A stretch of 64,000 nucleotides of DNA from an uncultured delta proteobacterium. GTDB taxonomy: Bacteria > Desulfobacterota > Binatia > Binatales > Binataceae. Of the stretch, positions 18,289-28,539 are shown piece after piece. Under the pieces are notes generated by a model. That model was not told where the DNA came from. It saw only the letters and a program-made list of their open reading frames with translations, and did not search any database. The position numbers were made by a program, and so were the translations under genes. The DNA is taken from assembly GCA_963808235.1 (NCBI GenBank), contig CAWEEQ010000004.1:1216001-1280000 (forward strand). Direction: 5' to 3'. Each line of letters begins with the position of its first letter. Within the stretch, counting starts at the first letter, position 1.

Positions 18289-21200
18289 ATTTCCTCCTTG
18301 AGATCGATAAGGTTGGCGGCTGCGTCATCCGAAGGGTTTTCTGTCACCGCGTCGCGAATGGCTTTGAGCAGCGTCGATTTCTTGACCGGCTTGGTCACGT
18401 GCGCGTCGCATCCGGCCGCCGTGGTGCGATCCGCCGCGTCTTCCAACGCCGACGCAGTCAGCGCGACGACGGGTGTTCGGCGGCGGCCATGGTCGCGCTC
18501 CCATCCGCGAATTGCCCTGGTGGCTTCGTAGCCATCGACGATCGGCATCTGGATATCCATCAGGACCAGGTCGAACCGGTCGGCAATAAATTTGTCGATC
18601 GCCTGCTGGCCGTTTTCGGCATTTTCGAGACGGTAGGGCGTCTTCTTCAGATACGCCTCGATCAGAGCGCGGTTGTCGTGCGAATCGTCGACGATGAGGA
18701 TGTGCAGAGGCCGATCGAGTGCGGTCGAAGGGTCTGGCAACGGCGCAATCGCGTTCGACGCGAGCGTTTCGACCTGCGGTCCGACCGGCATTTTCGCGTG
18801 GGCTTGCGCGACCGCCCGAATCAAATCAGCGTGCCGCACGGGCTTGACGATATAGTTGTCGACACCGATTCCACGCAGGCGGACGAGTTTGCTACTCAAA
18901 TCGTCGGTCCCAAGCATCATAACGATCTGCGGCCGCGCGGGCGCACTCATGATCTGTTTGGCGAGATCGAAGCCGCTCATCACTGGCATCCGGCTGTCGA
19001 GGACTATGATCTCGAAACGCGACTCCCGGCGATCGGCGCGGCGAAGCTCGTCCAGCGCCTGAGTCGCCGATGAGGCCTGAGTGACATTGGCGCCTTGCGC
19101 CGAGAGCAGGCCGGCGACAATCGCGCGATTGTCCGAGTTGTCATCGACGAGCAGGATTTCGACGCCTGTAAACGCCTGATCTTGCGAGTGCGATGACGCC
19201 GGCCTGCTGCAGGAAGTCCCGAACTGTGCAGTGAATGAGAAGCTGCTTCCTTTTCCGGGTTCGCTCGCCACCTCGACCCTGCCATTCATCAACGCGACCA
19301 GTCTCGAGACGATCGCCAGACCGAGCCCGCTGCCGCCGTATTTGCGCGAGGTCGAAGAGTCGGCCTGTGTGAACGCATTGAACAGCAAGTGGATCTTGCC
19401 GGCTGGAATTCCGATTCCGGTATCGGTCACCGTGAACTTAAGTCCGTTTGCCGCGGCGGAGCCCGGGTCGGGCCCGACCGTGACCAGCACCTGTCCTTGC
19501 TCGGTGAACTTGATCGCGTTGCCAACCAGGTTGATTAAAATCTGGCCGAGCCTCAGCGGATCACCGATCGCGAGGTCGGGGACGCCGGGTGCGAATCTCG
19601 CCATCAGCTCAATTCCCTTTTCGTGCGCGCGTATCGCAAGGGTCTCGAGGACCTTGTCGGTCACCTCTCTCGGATCGAAGTCGACGGCTTCGAGGCTGAG
19701 ACGCCCGCTCTCGACTTTGGCCAGGTCGAGGATGCCGTTGATTAGTTCGAGCAGAGCGTTGCCGTTGCTCACCACGGTATTCACGTAGCGGCGCTGCTCG
19801 TCTTCAAGCTCGGTCTCGGCCAGCAGATCGGCCATCCCGAGGATTGCGTTCATCGGGGTGCGAATCTCGTGCGACATGCTCGACAGGAACTCGGACTTGG
19901 CTCGCGAGGCCGCCAGCGCCGCCTCGCGCGCGGCGACCAGTTCGCGCTGGGTCATCTTGATATCCGCGATATCGCGCGAGACGGTCAGACAGCATTGCTC
20001 ACCGTCGAGTTCCAGGTAGGACGCGGAAATCAGAGTCGGATGCTCGGAGCCGTCTTTATTGCGGAAGGCCACTTCAACGTTGCGAACCTGGTTGTCCAGA
20101 TTCATGCCGCTGGAGAAGGCGATCATTTCGTCGGGATGGATCCACTGGTTGAGCTCGGAAAAGTGGTGGCCAATAGCCTCCTGGCGCGAGAACCCCGTCG
20201 ATTGGACGAACGCCCGGTTGACGTTGGTAAATTTCCCGTCGGGTCCGGTCAGCGTCATGCTGTCCAGGTTGGCGTCGAAGAGTTTGCGGAAAGTCTCCTC
20301 GCTGGCGCTGAGCGCCTTTACGTGACGCGACATTTCCTCGCGGGCCGAAAGCAGGTCTCGCTCGGTCCGCTTTATTGCGGTGATATCGCGAATGTAAGAG
20401 ACGACGCATGGCTCGCTTCCGAGGTTGATCATCGATGCTGAGATCAGGGTCGGAACGCGTGTGCGGTCGCTGGTCTGAAACTCGATCTCGAGGTTGCGCA
20501 CGGTTTCGTCGCGCGCGAGCGCGGTAGCGAGGCGAAAGCGGTCCGCCGGATCGGTAAACACCTCGAGTTCCACGGCCGAGGAACTCATGGTCCGTTCCCG
20601 CGTATAGCCGGTCAGGTGGAGAAACTCGTCGTTGCACGCAACGAATTTACCGTCTGATACACGGCTGACGGAGATCGCGTCCGGACTTACGTCAAAAATA
20701 TCGCGCACCGCCTGGGCGCTCTCTTCGAGCTTGCGCGAGGCTTCCCTCGCCGCGGTGAGATCGCGAATCATCGTGACCACGCAGTCTTCGCCGTCGAGAT
20801 CGACTCTGACCGCCGACAGAATCGTCGGGATGGTGCGTCCGTCGGGGGTCAGGAACTCGACTTCGACGTTGCGCACCACGCCCACGGCCAGTACCTGCTT
20901 GCGAAGCGTCTCTTGCTGTTTGATGTTCTTGAAAAATCTCTGCAGCTCGGTGCGCGAGTCGTTGATTTCCTGCGGCGTGTAGCCGCTCATGCCGAATTGC
21001 TGATTGAAGTCGATATAGGCGTTGTCCGAGACGCGGCGCACGACGATAGTGTCGAGCGTCGCGTGGAGAATCTTGCGCAGAGCGACGTGACTGGCGCGAA
21101 GCCTGGTCTCGGTGCGTTTTATCTCCGTGATGTCCCGGGTCATCGAAATCACGCACGCCTCGCCGTTCACTTCGGCCACCGACGCTGAGATCAGATAGAT

Positions 21201-22256
21201 CTCGACGGTGCCGTCCCGGCGCCGCTGCGTGATCTCCATGTTCTTGACCCGGCCGGTTTTCTGGATGCTCTCGAGGAAGCGGGTCAGGTCCCCTTCATTC
21301 GCCCACATCCCGAGTGCGATCACGTTGCTCGCAAGAACGTCTTCCCGGGTATATCCGGCGACCTCGTATGCATCGTTGACGGCGATAAAACGTCCGTCGA
21401 CAAGGCTGTTGACAGCAATATTGTCCGGCGACGCTTCGAATACCTTGCGCAGCATCGATTCGCTTTGCTGCCAGCGGCTATGCTCGAGCTCGCGAGCCTG
21501 CGCTGACTGTTCGCGCAGCTCCATCGCGCAGGTCAGCAGCCGATGGTTCTCCGAGAGCGCCGCCATCTGCTCGTCGAGTCTCTTTCGATAGCGGCTGCTA
21601 TGAACGCTGCTCAGCTCGGACAACAGCGCCGCGCCCAACACCAGCATCCAGGAGACCGCGAGCTTCGAGTTCGAGTCGGCGGACTGGATCGAGTACCCCG
21701 TCCAGGCCAACACCCCGGCCGCCTCGAGCGCCGCCTGCCAGCGCGGACTCCATGGAATCAGCGCGCCCGCGCCGAAGAATAACAAGACGATTGATCCGAC
21801 CAACTCATGCCGCTCGCCGTCGATAATTCCGATCCACACGGTGCACGCCAGAATCGACGAACAGCCCACCAGCGTGATGGCGCGCCAGTTGCGCATTGCC
21901 TGTCCGGACAACGTCAGCAAGAACGCAATCAAGGCCAGCGTCATGCTTGCGATATGCAGCGGTAGTGTTCTCGCGAAGGCTTGTGGATATTCCCCGCCGT
22001 CGAGCGCCATGTATCCGATCTGAAATGCGATTATCGCGAACGCCGCCGCGCGAAGTATCGGCGCCACCCATAGCGATTCGTCGCCTGCGCTTGCCCTCTC
22101 GATCGCTCGATCAGATGCACCCGCCGTCTCAGACGCGCTGCCGTTGGCTATGGAAGCCGAGATGCCATCCGCAAGCGCAGCAGTGCCGTTCAATGCGCTC
22201 CATGCGTCAGCGCTTCGGACTTCTTTTGCCGCAGACGGATCGATCCGGGAGTCCAC
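18273..22256 (-). CDS. membrane-bound hybrid sensor histidine kinase (multi-TM, 4 PAS, HisKA, HATPase, 2 REC)
   Basis: PAS starts FEASPD, LHATLD, FDVSPD, FDANLD; H-box FLSSMSHEIRTPMN; NLVGNAIKFT, DTGIGI, GGSGLGL; REC VLDSRMP and LMDIQMP. Confidence 0.93.
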   Translation of the reverse strand: MDSRIDPSAAKEVRSADAWSALNGTAALADGISASIANGSASETAGASDRAIERASAGDESLWVAPILRAAAFAIIAFQIGYMALDGGEYPQAFARTLPLHIASMTLALIAFLLTLSGQAMRNWRAITLVGCSSILACTVWIGIIDGERHELVGSIVLLFFGAGALIPWSPRWQAALEAAGVLAWTGYSIQSADSNSKLAVSWMLVLGAALLSELSSVHSSRYRKRLDEQMAALSENHRLLTCAMELREQSAQARELEHSRWQQSESMLRKVFEASPDNIAVNSLVDGRFIAVNDAYEVAGYTREDVLASNVIALGMWANEGDLTRFLESIQKTGRVKNMEITQRRRDGTVEIYLISASVAEVNGEACVISMTRDITEIKRTETRLRASHVALRKILHATLDTIVVRRVSDNAYIDFNQQFGMSGYTPQEINDSRTELQRFFKNIKQQETLRKQVLAVGVVRNVEVEFLTPDGRTIPTILSAVRVDLDGEDCVVTMIRDLTAAREASRKLEESAQAVRDIFDVSPDAISVSRVSDGKFVACNDEFLHLTGYTRERTMSSSAVELEVFTDPADRFRLATALARDETVRNLEIEFQTSDRTRVPTLISASMINLGSEPCVVSYIRDITAIKRTERDLLSAREEMSRHVKALSASEETFRKLFDANLDSMTLTGPDGKFTNVNRAFVQSTGFSRQEAIGHHFSELNQWIHPDEMIAFSSGMNLDNQVRNVEVAFRNKDGSEHPTLISASYLELDGEQCCLTVSRDIADIKMTQRELVAAREAALAASRAKSEFLSSMSHEIRTPMNAILGMADLLAETELEDEQRRYVNTVVSNGNALLELINGILDLAKVESGRLSLEAVDFDPREVTDKVLETLAIRAHEKGIELMARFAPGVPDLAIGDPLRLGQILINLVGNAIKFTEQGQVLVTVGPDPGSAAANGLKFTVTDTGIGIPAGKIHLLFNAFTQADSSTSRKYGGSGLGLAIVSRLVALMNGRVEVASEPGKGSSFSFTAQFGTSCSRPASSHSQDQAFTGVEILLVDDNSDNRAIVAGLLSAQGANVTQASSATQALDELRRADRRESRFEIIVLDSRMPVMSGFDLAKQIMSAPARPQIVMMLGTDDLSSKLVRLRGIGVDNYIVKPVRHADLIRAVAQAHAKMPVGPQVETLASNAIAPLPDPSTALDRPLHILIVDDSHDNRALIEAYLKKTPYRLENAENGQQAIDKFIADRFDLVLMDIQMPIVDGYEATRAIRGWERDHGRRRTPVVALTASALEDAADRTTAAGCDAHVTKPVKKSTLLKAIRDAVTENPSDDAAANLIDLKEEICRTE

Positions 22257-22378
22257 ACATCAATAGCAAGTAGAGTGCCCTATCAAGAGCGCAAAACGAC
22301 TTGCTACTGCGACCTGGTTGGAGCTTCAGTAGCCACGTTTCCGCGCGTTCGCAGCGAGTGTCCCAGAATGCGGCGAAT

Positions 22379-23537
22379 TCAGTCGCTGAGCGCCATTTCG
22401 AAATCTTCGATCAGGTCGTCACTCGATTCGAGGCCTATCGACAGCCGGATCAAGCCGTCGGCTATTCCCGCGCGAGCGCGCTGTTCCGCCGACATTCCCA
22501 AATGCGACGTGGTCGCCGGCCGCGTGATCAGCGTCTCGACTCCGCCCAGGCTCGGCGCGCTTGATAGGAATCGTCACCCGTTCGACAAAGCGCCGCGCCG
22601 CATCGAGCCCGCCTTCGAGTTCGAAACTCAGCATGCCGCCAAAGCCGTCGAACAGTTCACACGCGCGCAGATGATTCGAATGACTTTCCAGGCCCGGATA
22701 ATTCACCTGGCTGACTGCGCGATGCTGTTCGAGCCAACGCGCAATCTTGAGCGCACTTTCATTCTGATGACGGACCCGAACCGCGAGCGTCTTCATCCCG
22801 CGATGCAACAAAAAGCACGCGTGGGGATCGAGAATCCCGCCCAGATGGTTCAACGTATGCGTGATACGCTCGATCAGCTCCGCACGCCCGATCACGGCGC
22901 CCGCCACGATATCGGTATGCCCGTTGAGATACTTGGTCCCGCTATGCAGCGACAAGTCGAAGCCGATTTCCGCGGGCCGGAAATTAATCGGACTGGCAAA
23001 GGTATTGTCGATGATCGAAACCAGGCCGTTCTCGGCGGCGAAGTCGACCGCGGCCTTGAGATCGCTGACTTGCAGCAGCGGATTCGACATCGCCTCGACG
23101 TAAATCGCTTTCGTGCTCGGGCGAATCGCTTCGCGCCAGGTCGCCGGTTCGTCGCCGTCGATAAAATCCACCGCCATCCCGTAGCGCGGAAATTCCTCCG
23201 TGAACAAGTCGTGCGTGCCGCCATAGACGCACTCCTGCGCGAGCAGATGCCCGCCGCGGGCGAGCACCGTGAACAGCGCCGCGGATATCGCAGCCATCCC
23301 GCTGCCCGCAACCAGCGCCGCTTCCGCATTTTCCAGCGCCGCCAGCTTGGCGTGAATCACCGCATGATTGGGCGTGTTGCTGAGCCGGATATAGCGCAGG
23401 TCGTGGTAGCTGGTCTGACCCGCGTACTCGAAAGTGGAGGATTGAAAAATCGGCATCGACACCGCGCCGCCAATCAGCGGCTCCGGTTCGCCTGCGTGTA
23501 TCAGCTTGGTTTCGAGTCCCTTGATCAGTCGCGCCAT
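22379..23537 (-). pseudogene. PLP-dependent cystathionine gamma-synthase/lyase (Cys/Met metabolism) family, one +1 frameshift
   Basis: PIFQSSTF, EAMSNP, DNTFASP, HSGTKYLNGH. After ..TIPI the conserved tail (SAPSLGGVETLITRPATTSH...LIRLSIGLESSDDLIEDFEMALSD*) is in another frame, ending at TGA 22379; one extra A near 22561. May be a sequencing error. Confidence 0.82.
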
Positions 23538-23618
23538 CGGATCGCTTCACACCTCCACTTGGGGCGAAGGTTTAGCATTGCGCGCATCCGGTTTCATCTT
23601 AAGTGCGGGACTGCGAAC

Positions 23619-25235
23619 TCAAGGAAAATACGTGTCGGCCAGGTTACCGACGTGCGCCTCGAGGGGCATCGCGGTACGCGCGAAGAGTGCCGCGGTCCCG
23701 TCGCTATACACCAAATGCCAGCGTGGGTCCTGGCTCACGACATTGTAGCTCCTGGTGTCGGGGCCGATAAGCACTAAATCATGCGGATAGGCGTCGAGCA
23801 GAGTCTGCGCGCCGTCCAGCCCATAGAAGAAGATTGCGTACTGACGCAGCACTCTATCGGGATAGACCAGCTCGGTCCGTCCGTCGACAAAGACCCGGCT
23901 CTGATCGCCGACGTGCCAGATCAGATACTCGCCCCATTCGAACCGGTTCAGGATGTTGCCGTGAAGACCATGGCGTTTCATGAATGCGACCGCACCGGTT
24001 GGCATCTGCTCCTGGGTTTTGAGGTGATTGGAGAAAGTACCGCCGACCAGCGCCGCCGCTAAAGCCAAAATCGCCAGCAGCGCCGCCGGGAGTTCACGGT
24101 CGCCCATCGGCGCGTCGACAGGTCCGAAACGGTCGCCGGCCTTTCGCGCAGTCGTGGACTCGAATGCCAAAGTTGCATGGCGCGCGAGCGGAATCGCAAG
24201 AGCAATCACCGCCAGCGCTACGTTGCGCGCGGCGTAGATGGCGCCGCCGATGAAAACTATCGCGACTGCCACTAAGGCCGCGTCCGCGAGGTCGGGAGCG
24301 ATCGCAATTGCCACGATGAAGCCGGCGAACAGCAGCAGCGGGGCGACATCCTGAAGCTCATGCAGCTTGGATTCTCGCCACACGTAGAGCACCCTCGCCG
24401 GCAGCGGAACCCAGTCCGCGATTATCTTCCGAATCAGCGGATCGGAGACCGAATGCACCACGCTGGTCCACAAGCCAACTCCGAACGGATTGAGCAGCGT
24501 GGCGCCGGCGCATCCAAGCGTGACCAATGCGAGCCGGCGCGCCGAGGTCTTGCGGGCTGCGTCTCCACGACCCTGGATGAACAAAACCGCGACCGCGATG
24601 ACGAGCGCGCCGAGTCCGGCCGCGTAGCCACCGTGAAGATTTGCCCACAACGCGAAGATCGGAATCAGCGGCCACAAGGTTGCCTCGCCCCGATAAACCT
24701 CGACCGCGAGTAACGCCATCACGATGCTCAACATCATGAAGGTGAAGAGTTGAGGTCGAAATTGCATCTGAGTAGTGAGCGCAACGGCGGCAAGGATCAG
24801 AGTCAGCCTTTGGATCCGGCTGGCCGCGCCGGTGGCGGAAATACCGATCGCCAATGCGAGGATTGTGATCGTCGCGCACAGCAGTTTCAGGAGCTTGAGG
24901 CCGAATACTCCGAGATGCGCGTAGAAGAAGGCCAGTGCCACCTGCGCCAGCCACTCGTGATTGCGCCACGGCATGTTAGCCGCCGAGTAGGAGTAGGTAT
25001 CGTACAGCGGGATGTGGCCGGTGCGGATAATCCTGAGACCAGTCAGGATGTGCATCCACAGATCCGGGTCGGCGAAGTTGTCGGCGGTCGCAAGCGCGAT
25101 CGAAACGACAACCGTCCATCGCGATGCCGACAGTAGCGAATATCGTGGCAGTGTCCGTCCGGCCGAAGATTCCGTCGACGCCGGTGAATGTTCAAGCGCG
25201 TGCGCAGACGAATCAGTATCCACACTCTTGTGCAA
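23619..25235 (-). CDS. uncharacterised polytopic membrane protein, GT-C glycosyltransferase-like
   Basis: Many TM segments; DPDLWMHILTG, WRNHEWL, RPQLFT, LWANLHGG, and a C-terminal soluble domain with WGEYLIW and VFVDGR. Confidence 0.65.
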   Translation of the reverse strand: MHKSVDTDSSAHALEHSPASTESSAGRTLPRYSLLSASRWTVVVSIALATADNFADPDLWMHILTGLRIIRTGHIPLYDTYSYSAANMPWRNHEWLAQVALAFFYAHLGVFGLKLLKLLCATITILALAIGISATGAASRIQRLTLILAAVALTTQMQFRPQLFTFMMLSIVMALLAVEVYRGEATLWPLIPIFALWANLHGGYAAGLGALVIAVAVLFIQGRGDAARKTSARRLALVTLGCAGATLLNPFGVGLWTSVVHSVSDPLIRKIIADWVPLPARVLYVWRESKLHELQDVAPLLLFAGFIVAIAIAPDLADAALVAVAIVFIGGAIYAARNVALAVIALAIPLARHATLAFESTTARKAGDRFGPVDAPMGDRELPAALLAILALAAALVGGTFSNHLKTQEQMPTGAVAFMKRHGLHGNILNRFEWGEYLIWHVGDQSRVFVDGRTELVYPDRVLRQYAIFFYGLDGAQTLLDAYPHDLVLIGPDTRSYNVVSQDPRWHLVYSDGTAALFARTAMPLEAHVGNLADTYFP

Positions 25236-25357
25236 TTCGATCTTGCCTCAGTTCCCGCAGTTTGACATCGAAAATGGTCGGAGGGCAGTACTACCAAGCC
25301 AACGTACTTTAACGATGTCTGCTCCTCCCGTAAGCTGATTGCGATGCAGGATCTGGC

Positions 25358-26500
25358 GTGAAAGCTCTCGTAATCGGCGGCGGCATAATCGGCAGTTCGA
25401 TTGCGTGGCGGCTCGCCTCGGAGGGTGTGCAGGTCATCGTCTTCGAGCGCGGCCGTCTCGGCGTCGAAGCGTCATGGGCCGCGGCCGGGCTTATCGGACC
25501 GCAGGCCGAAGCGCATGAACCCGGCGTTTTCTTCGATCTTGCGCTCGCTGGCAAAAGATCTTTCGATTCGATCGTCGATCGGCTGACTCGCGAGAGCGGC
25601 GTCGATCCCGAATACGACCATCACGGGGTCCTCTACGTCGCGTTCGACGACGCGACGCGCTTGCTCTTAAGCGCGCGGGCGCGATGGCAGCGCGCGGCCG
25701 GCGGCGAGGTCGAGGAGCTGACCTCGCGTGAGGCGTTCAAGCTTGCTCCGACGCTATCCGAAAAAATCATCTACGCCCTGCACATGCCGACCAATCGGCG
25801 CGTCGAGAATCGCAAACTCACACTCGCCTACCTCAATGCCGCTACCAACTCAGGCGCCCAGTTCCGCGAGGGCGCGCGCGTCGATTCGATCGCCGTTAAC
25901 TCCGGTCGCGCCACCGGCATCCGGCTCGACGACGGCACGCTCGAGTCGGCCGACGTGGTAATCAACGCCGCGGGCGCATGGGCCGGGGAAATTCGCGGCC
26001 TCGAGAACGATCGCATCCGCTTTTACCCGGTGCGCGGGCAGATTCTATGCTTCGAGGCGCGACCCGGACTGATCGAACCGTCGATCTTCTCCGGCGCCGG
26101 GATTATCGTGCCGCGGCGCGATGGGCGCATACTCGCGGGCTCGATTTTCGAAGATGCCGGCTTCAACAAGAGCGTCACTCTCGACGGGATGGAACGAATC
26201 CTCCGCGCCGCGCGCGCATTGGTCCCGAGTCTCGCGTCGATTCCGTTTCGAGAAGCGTGGGCCGGCTTGCGCCCCGCGACTGACGACTTGCTGCCGGTCC
26301 TCGGTCCGTCTCCAACAGTCGCAAACGTCCTCTACGCGGCCGGACACTTCCGCAGCGGCATCCTGCTCTCCGCGCTGACCGGAGAAGTGATCGCCGACCT
26401 GGTAAAAGGCCGCAACCCCGCGATCGACCTCACACCATTTTCGCCCGCAAGATTCCGCGACGGCCTGGCGCGACCGGTAAAGCTCGCCGACATGATCTGA
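25358..26500 (+). CDS. thiO: glycine oxidase ThiO / D-amino acid oxidase family
   Basis: VIGGGIIG FAD motif, ASWAAAGL, PVRGQ, WAGLRP, GHFRSGILL. Confidence 0.82.
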   Translation: MKALVIGGGIIGSSIAWRLASEGVQVIVFERGRLGVEASWAAAGLIGPQAEAHEPGVFFDLALAGKRSFDSIVDRLTRESGVDPEYDHHGVLYVAFDDATRLLLSARARWQRAAGGEVEELTSREAFKLAPTLSEKIIYALHMPTNRRVENRKLTLAYLNAATNSGAQFREGARVDSIAVNSGRATGIRLDDGTLESADVVINAAGAWAGEIRGLENDRIRFYPVRGQILCFEARPGLIEPSIFSGAGIIVPRRDGRILAGSIFEDAGFNKSVTLDGMERILRAARALVPSLASIPFREAWAGLRPATDDLLPVLGPSPTVANVLYAAGHFRSGILLSALTGEVIADLVKGRNPAIDLTPFSPARFRDGLARPVKLADMI

Positions 26501-26510
26501 GCGCCTCAAC

Positions 26511-26864
26511 ATGAGCACCAAAGTCGCACTCGGCCTTATCCGCGATTTATTCTTCCGCTCCAAGATCGACGCGGTAGCATCCGCGCTCGGCGCTACGATC
26601 GCATACGCGTCCTCGCTCGACGCTGCCGCGCTGCGATGCGGCGAGCTCAAGCCCGACGTCGTCTTCGCCGATCTCTCCGACTCGACGTTTCCCGCACTCG
26701 AAACAGTCCACACGATCCGCGCCGCCGCCCCCGACGCCCGCCTGGTAGGATTCGCCTCGCACATCGACCTGAAACCGCTGAAGGCCGCCAAAGAAGCCGG
26801 CTTCGACCAAACCCTCTCGCGCAGCGAATTCACCGCCCAACTCCCCGATCTGCTGAAATCCTGA
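26511..26864 (+). CDS. stand-alone atypical receiver (REC-like) domain protein
   Basis: Flavodoxin-like alternation; PDVVFADL (Asp site), AAKEAGFD; conserved REC Lys absent. Confidence 0.7.
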   Translation: MSTKVALGLIRDLFFRSKIDAVASALGATIAYASSLDAAALRCGELKPDVVFADLSDSTFPALETVHTIRAAAPDARLVGFASHIDLKPLKAAKEAGFDQTLSRSEFTAQLPDLLKS

Positions 26865-27083
26865 CCCGCTCGCATCGAGAGTGTACGCGTGCATCTTTGC
26901 GCATTTTTCCCAGTAAGAAAGATTAATAAAAGTTAAGGTATGCTCACTTGTCTCCATTAGGCGACAGGTGCTAAATAGTGCCATCCGGTTCGTCGTCTCC
27001 TCGCCGTCATCAATTCGCGATGGGCCAATTTATTCGATAGCCCTGTTCGAGCGCGGATTGGACAGGGCGGGGGAGGCCCGAAC

Positions 27084-28535
27084 GTGGAGACTCAGAAGAG
27101 GTTCGCTGTCCCGAGTGCTGTATCAACAACGAGTGCGGTTATCTTTTGCGGACTGATGATCGTCCCCGGACTTGCGATCGTCTCAAAGGCTTACGCCGGT
27201 CCTGCCAATCGCCACGCGAGCACGCAAGCTAACTATCCGATCAATCTGGACGGCTTCGGCGCGCCGCTGCCCGCGGTTGCGCAGAGCATGGCCGACCTGG
27301 GCGTCTTCGCGACCGGCCAGCTCAACTTCAAGGAAATCGACAGCATCCCGCAACTTGGGCCGCTGTTTAATGGCACCACTTGCGCGGGATGCCATTCGCA
27401 ACCCTCGATGGGCGGGGGCGGGCTGTTCATCAACGAAATAAGAGTCCGCAACAACTCCGATCCCGGCCCGGTGCACATCTTCGCGGTGGACAACATGCTG
27501 CGCGACGGTCCGCAGTTGCAAGGCACGCGGACGATTTTCGCCGCCGGCGTGAGCGCCGAGCCGCTCGGATGCCAGATAACGGTGCCGGGGTGCCAACTTT
27601 CCGCCTGTCAACAGGAGGAGGTCTCGCGCACCACGTTCAGTACCAGTCTGCCGACTTGCGACCCGACCAGCGCGGATTACCTCAGCGGCGGCAACTGCGT
27701 AGTCGGCCGCGCCGCAGTCCCGCTCTTCGGCGATGGACTCGTCGAGGCGGTCTCCGACCAGACGCTCAAACAATTGGCACACAGTGAGCCATCTTCGATC
27801 CGCGGCAAGGTCAAGATGGTCACCGAAAATTTCATGTCGACCGCCCACGTCGGCCGCTTCGGATGGAAGGACGACCATGCCTTCCTGCGCGGATTCTCCG
27901 GCGACGCCTACCTGAACGAAGTAGGAATCACCAATCCGGATAATCCGACCGACACCAGCAGCTGCGCGATCGGCGCGACTGCGTACGGGCTGAACCTCGA
28001 GGATACCGGCATCGAGGATGCGACCGATTCCGACGGCCGCGCTGACATCGATCGCTTCTCGGATTTCATGCGCGCCCTCGCGCCGCCGCCCACGCTCCCT
28101 GAAAATCGGTCGGCATTGAGAGGCGCGACGCTGTTCGCCCAAATGGGATGCGCCGGATGCCACACGCCGGCGCTGACCACCGCCTCCAACCCAGCATCGT
28201 TTATCCCCGCGACCACCGGAGGTGTCGCGATCAGCTCGACGCTCAACCACGCGCTCGCTAATCAGACGTTCCATCCCTTCAGCGACTTCCTGCTCCACGA
28301 CATGGGCTCGCTGGGCGACGGAATCGTCTCGGGCGATGCGACCGCCACCATGATGCGCACGGCGCCGCTGTGGGGCGTGCGCGCCCGCTCGGTGTTCCTC
28401 CATGACGGCCGCGCCGGCGATTTGCCAACCGCGATCTCCATGCACGACGGCCAGGGAAAAGCCGCAGCCGCCGCGTTCAACGGGCTCTCGAAGTCGCAAC
28501 AGGCCGATGTTGTTAATTTTCTGAGTACGCTATGA
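27084..28535 (+). CDS. secreted di-heme oxidoreductase family protein (DUF1111/DHOR)
   Basis: Signal peptide; two CAGCH heme motifs; LGPLFNG, PLFGDGL, GRFGWK, FSDFLLHDMG, RTAPLWG, FLHDGRA; GGGAGG RBS before GTG. Confidence 0.85.
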   Translation: METQKRFAVPSAVSTTSAVIFCGLMIVPGLAIVSKAYAGPANRHASTQANYPINLDGFGAPLPAVAQSMADLGVFATGQLNFKEIDSIPQLGPLFNGTTCAGCHSQPSMGGGGLFINEIRVRNNSDPGPVHIFAVDNMLRDGPQLQGTRTIFAAGVSAEPLGCQITVPGCQLSACQQEEVSRTTFSTSLPTCDPTSADYLSGGNCVVGRAAVPLFGDGLVEAVSDQTLKQLAHSEPSSIRGKVKMVTENFMSTAHVGRFGWKDDHAFLRGFSGDAYLNEVGITNPDNPTDTSSCAIGATAYGLNLEDTGIEDATDSDGRADIDRFSDFMRALAPPPTLPENRSALRGATLFAQMGCAGCHTPALTTASNPASFIPATTGGVAISSTLNHALANQTFHPFSDFLLHDMGSLGDGIVSGDATATMMRTAPLWGVRARSVFLHDGRAGDLPTAISMHDGQGKAAAAAFNGLSKSQQADVVNFLSTL

Positions 28536-28539
28536 CAGA

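Noticed and set aside
22275-23777. Long antisense ORFs (500 aa here; also 5939-7453, 15082-16641, 36922-38400, 54988-56610)
   Set aside because: Shadows of well-supported genes on the opposite strand; expected in high-GC DNA and without recognisable motifs.
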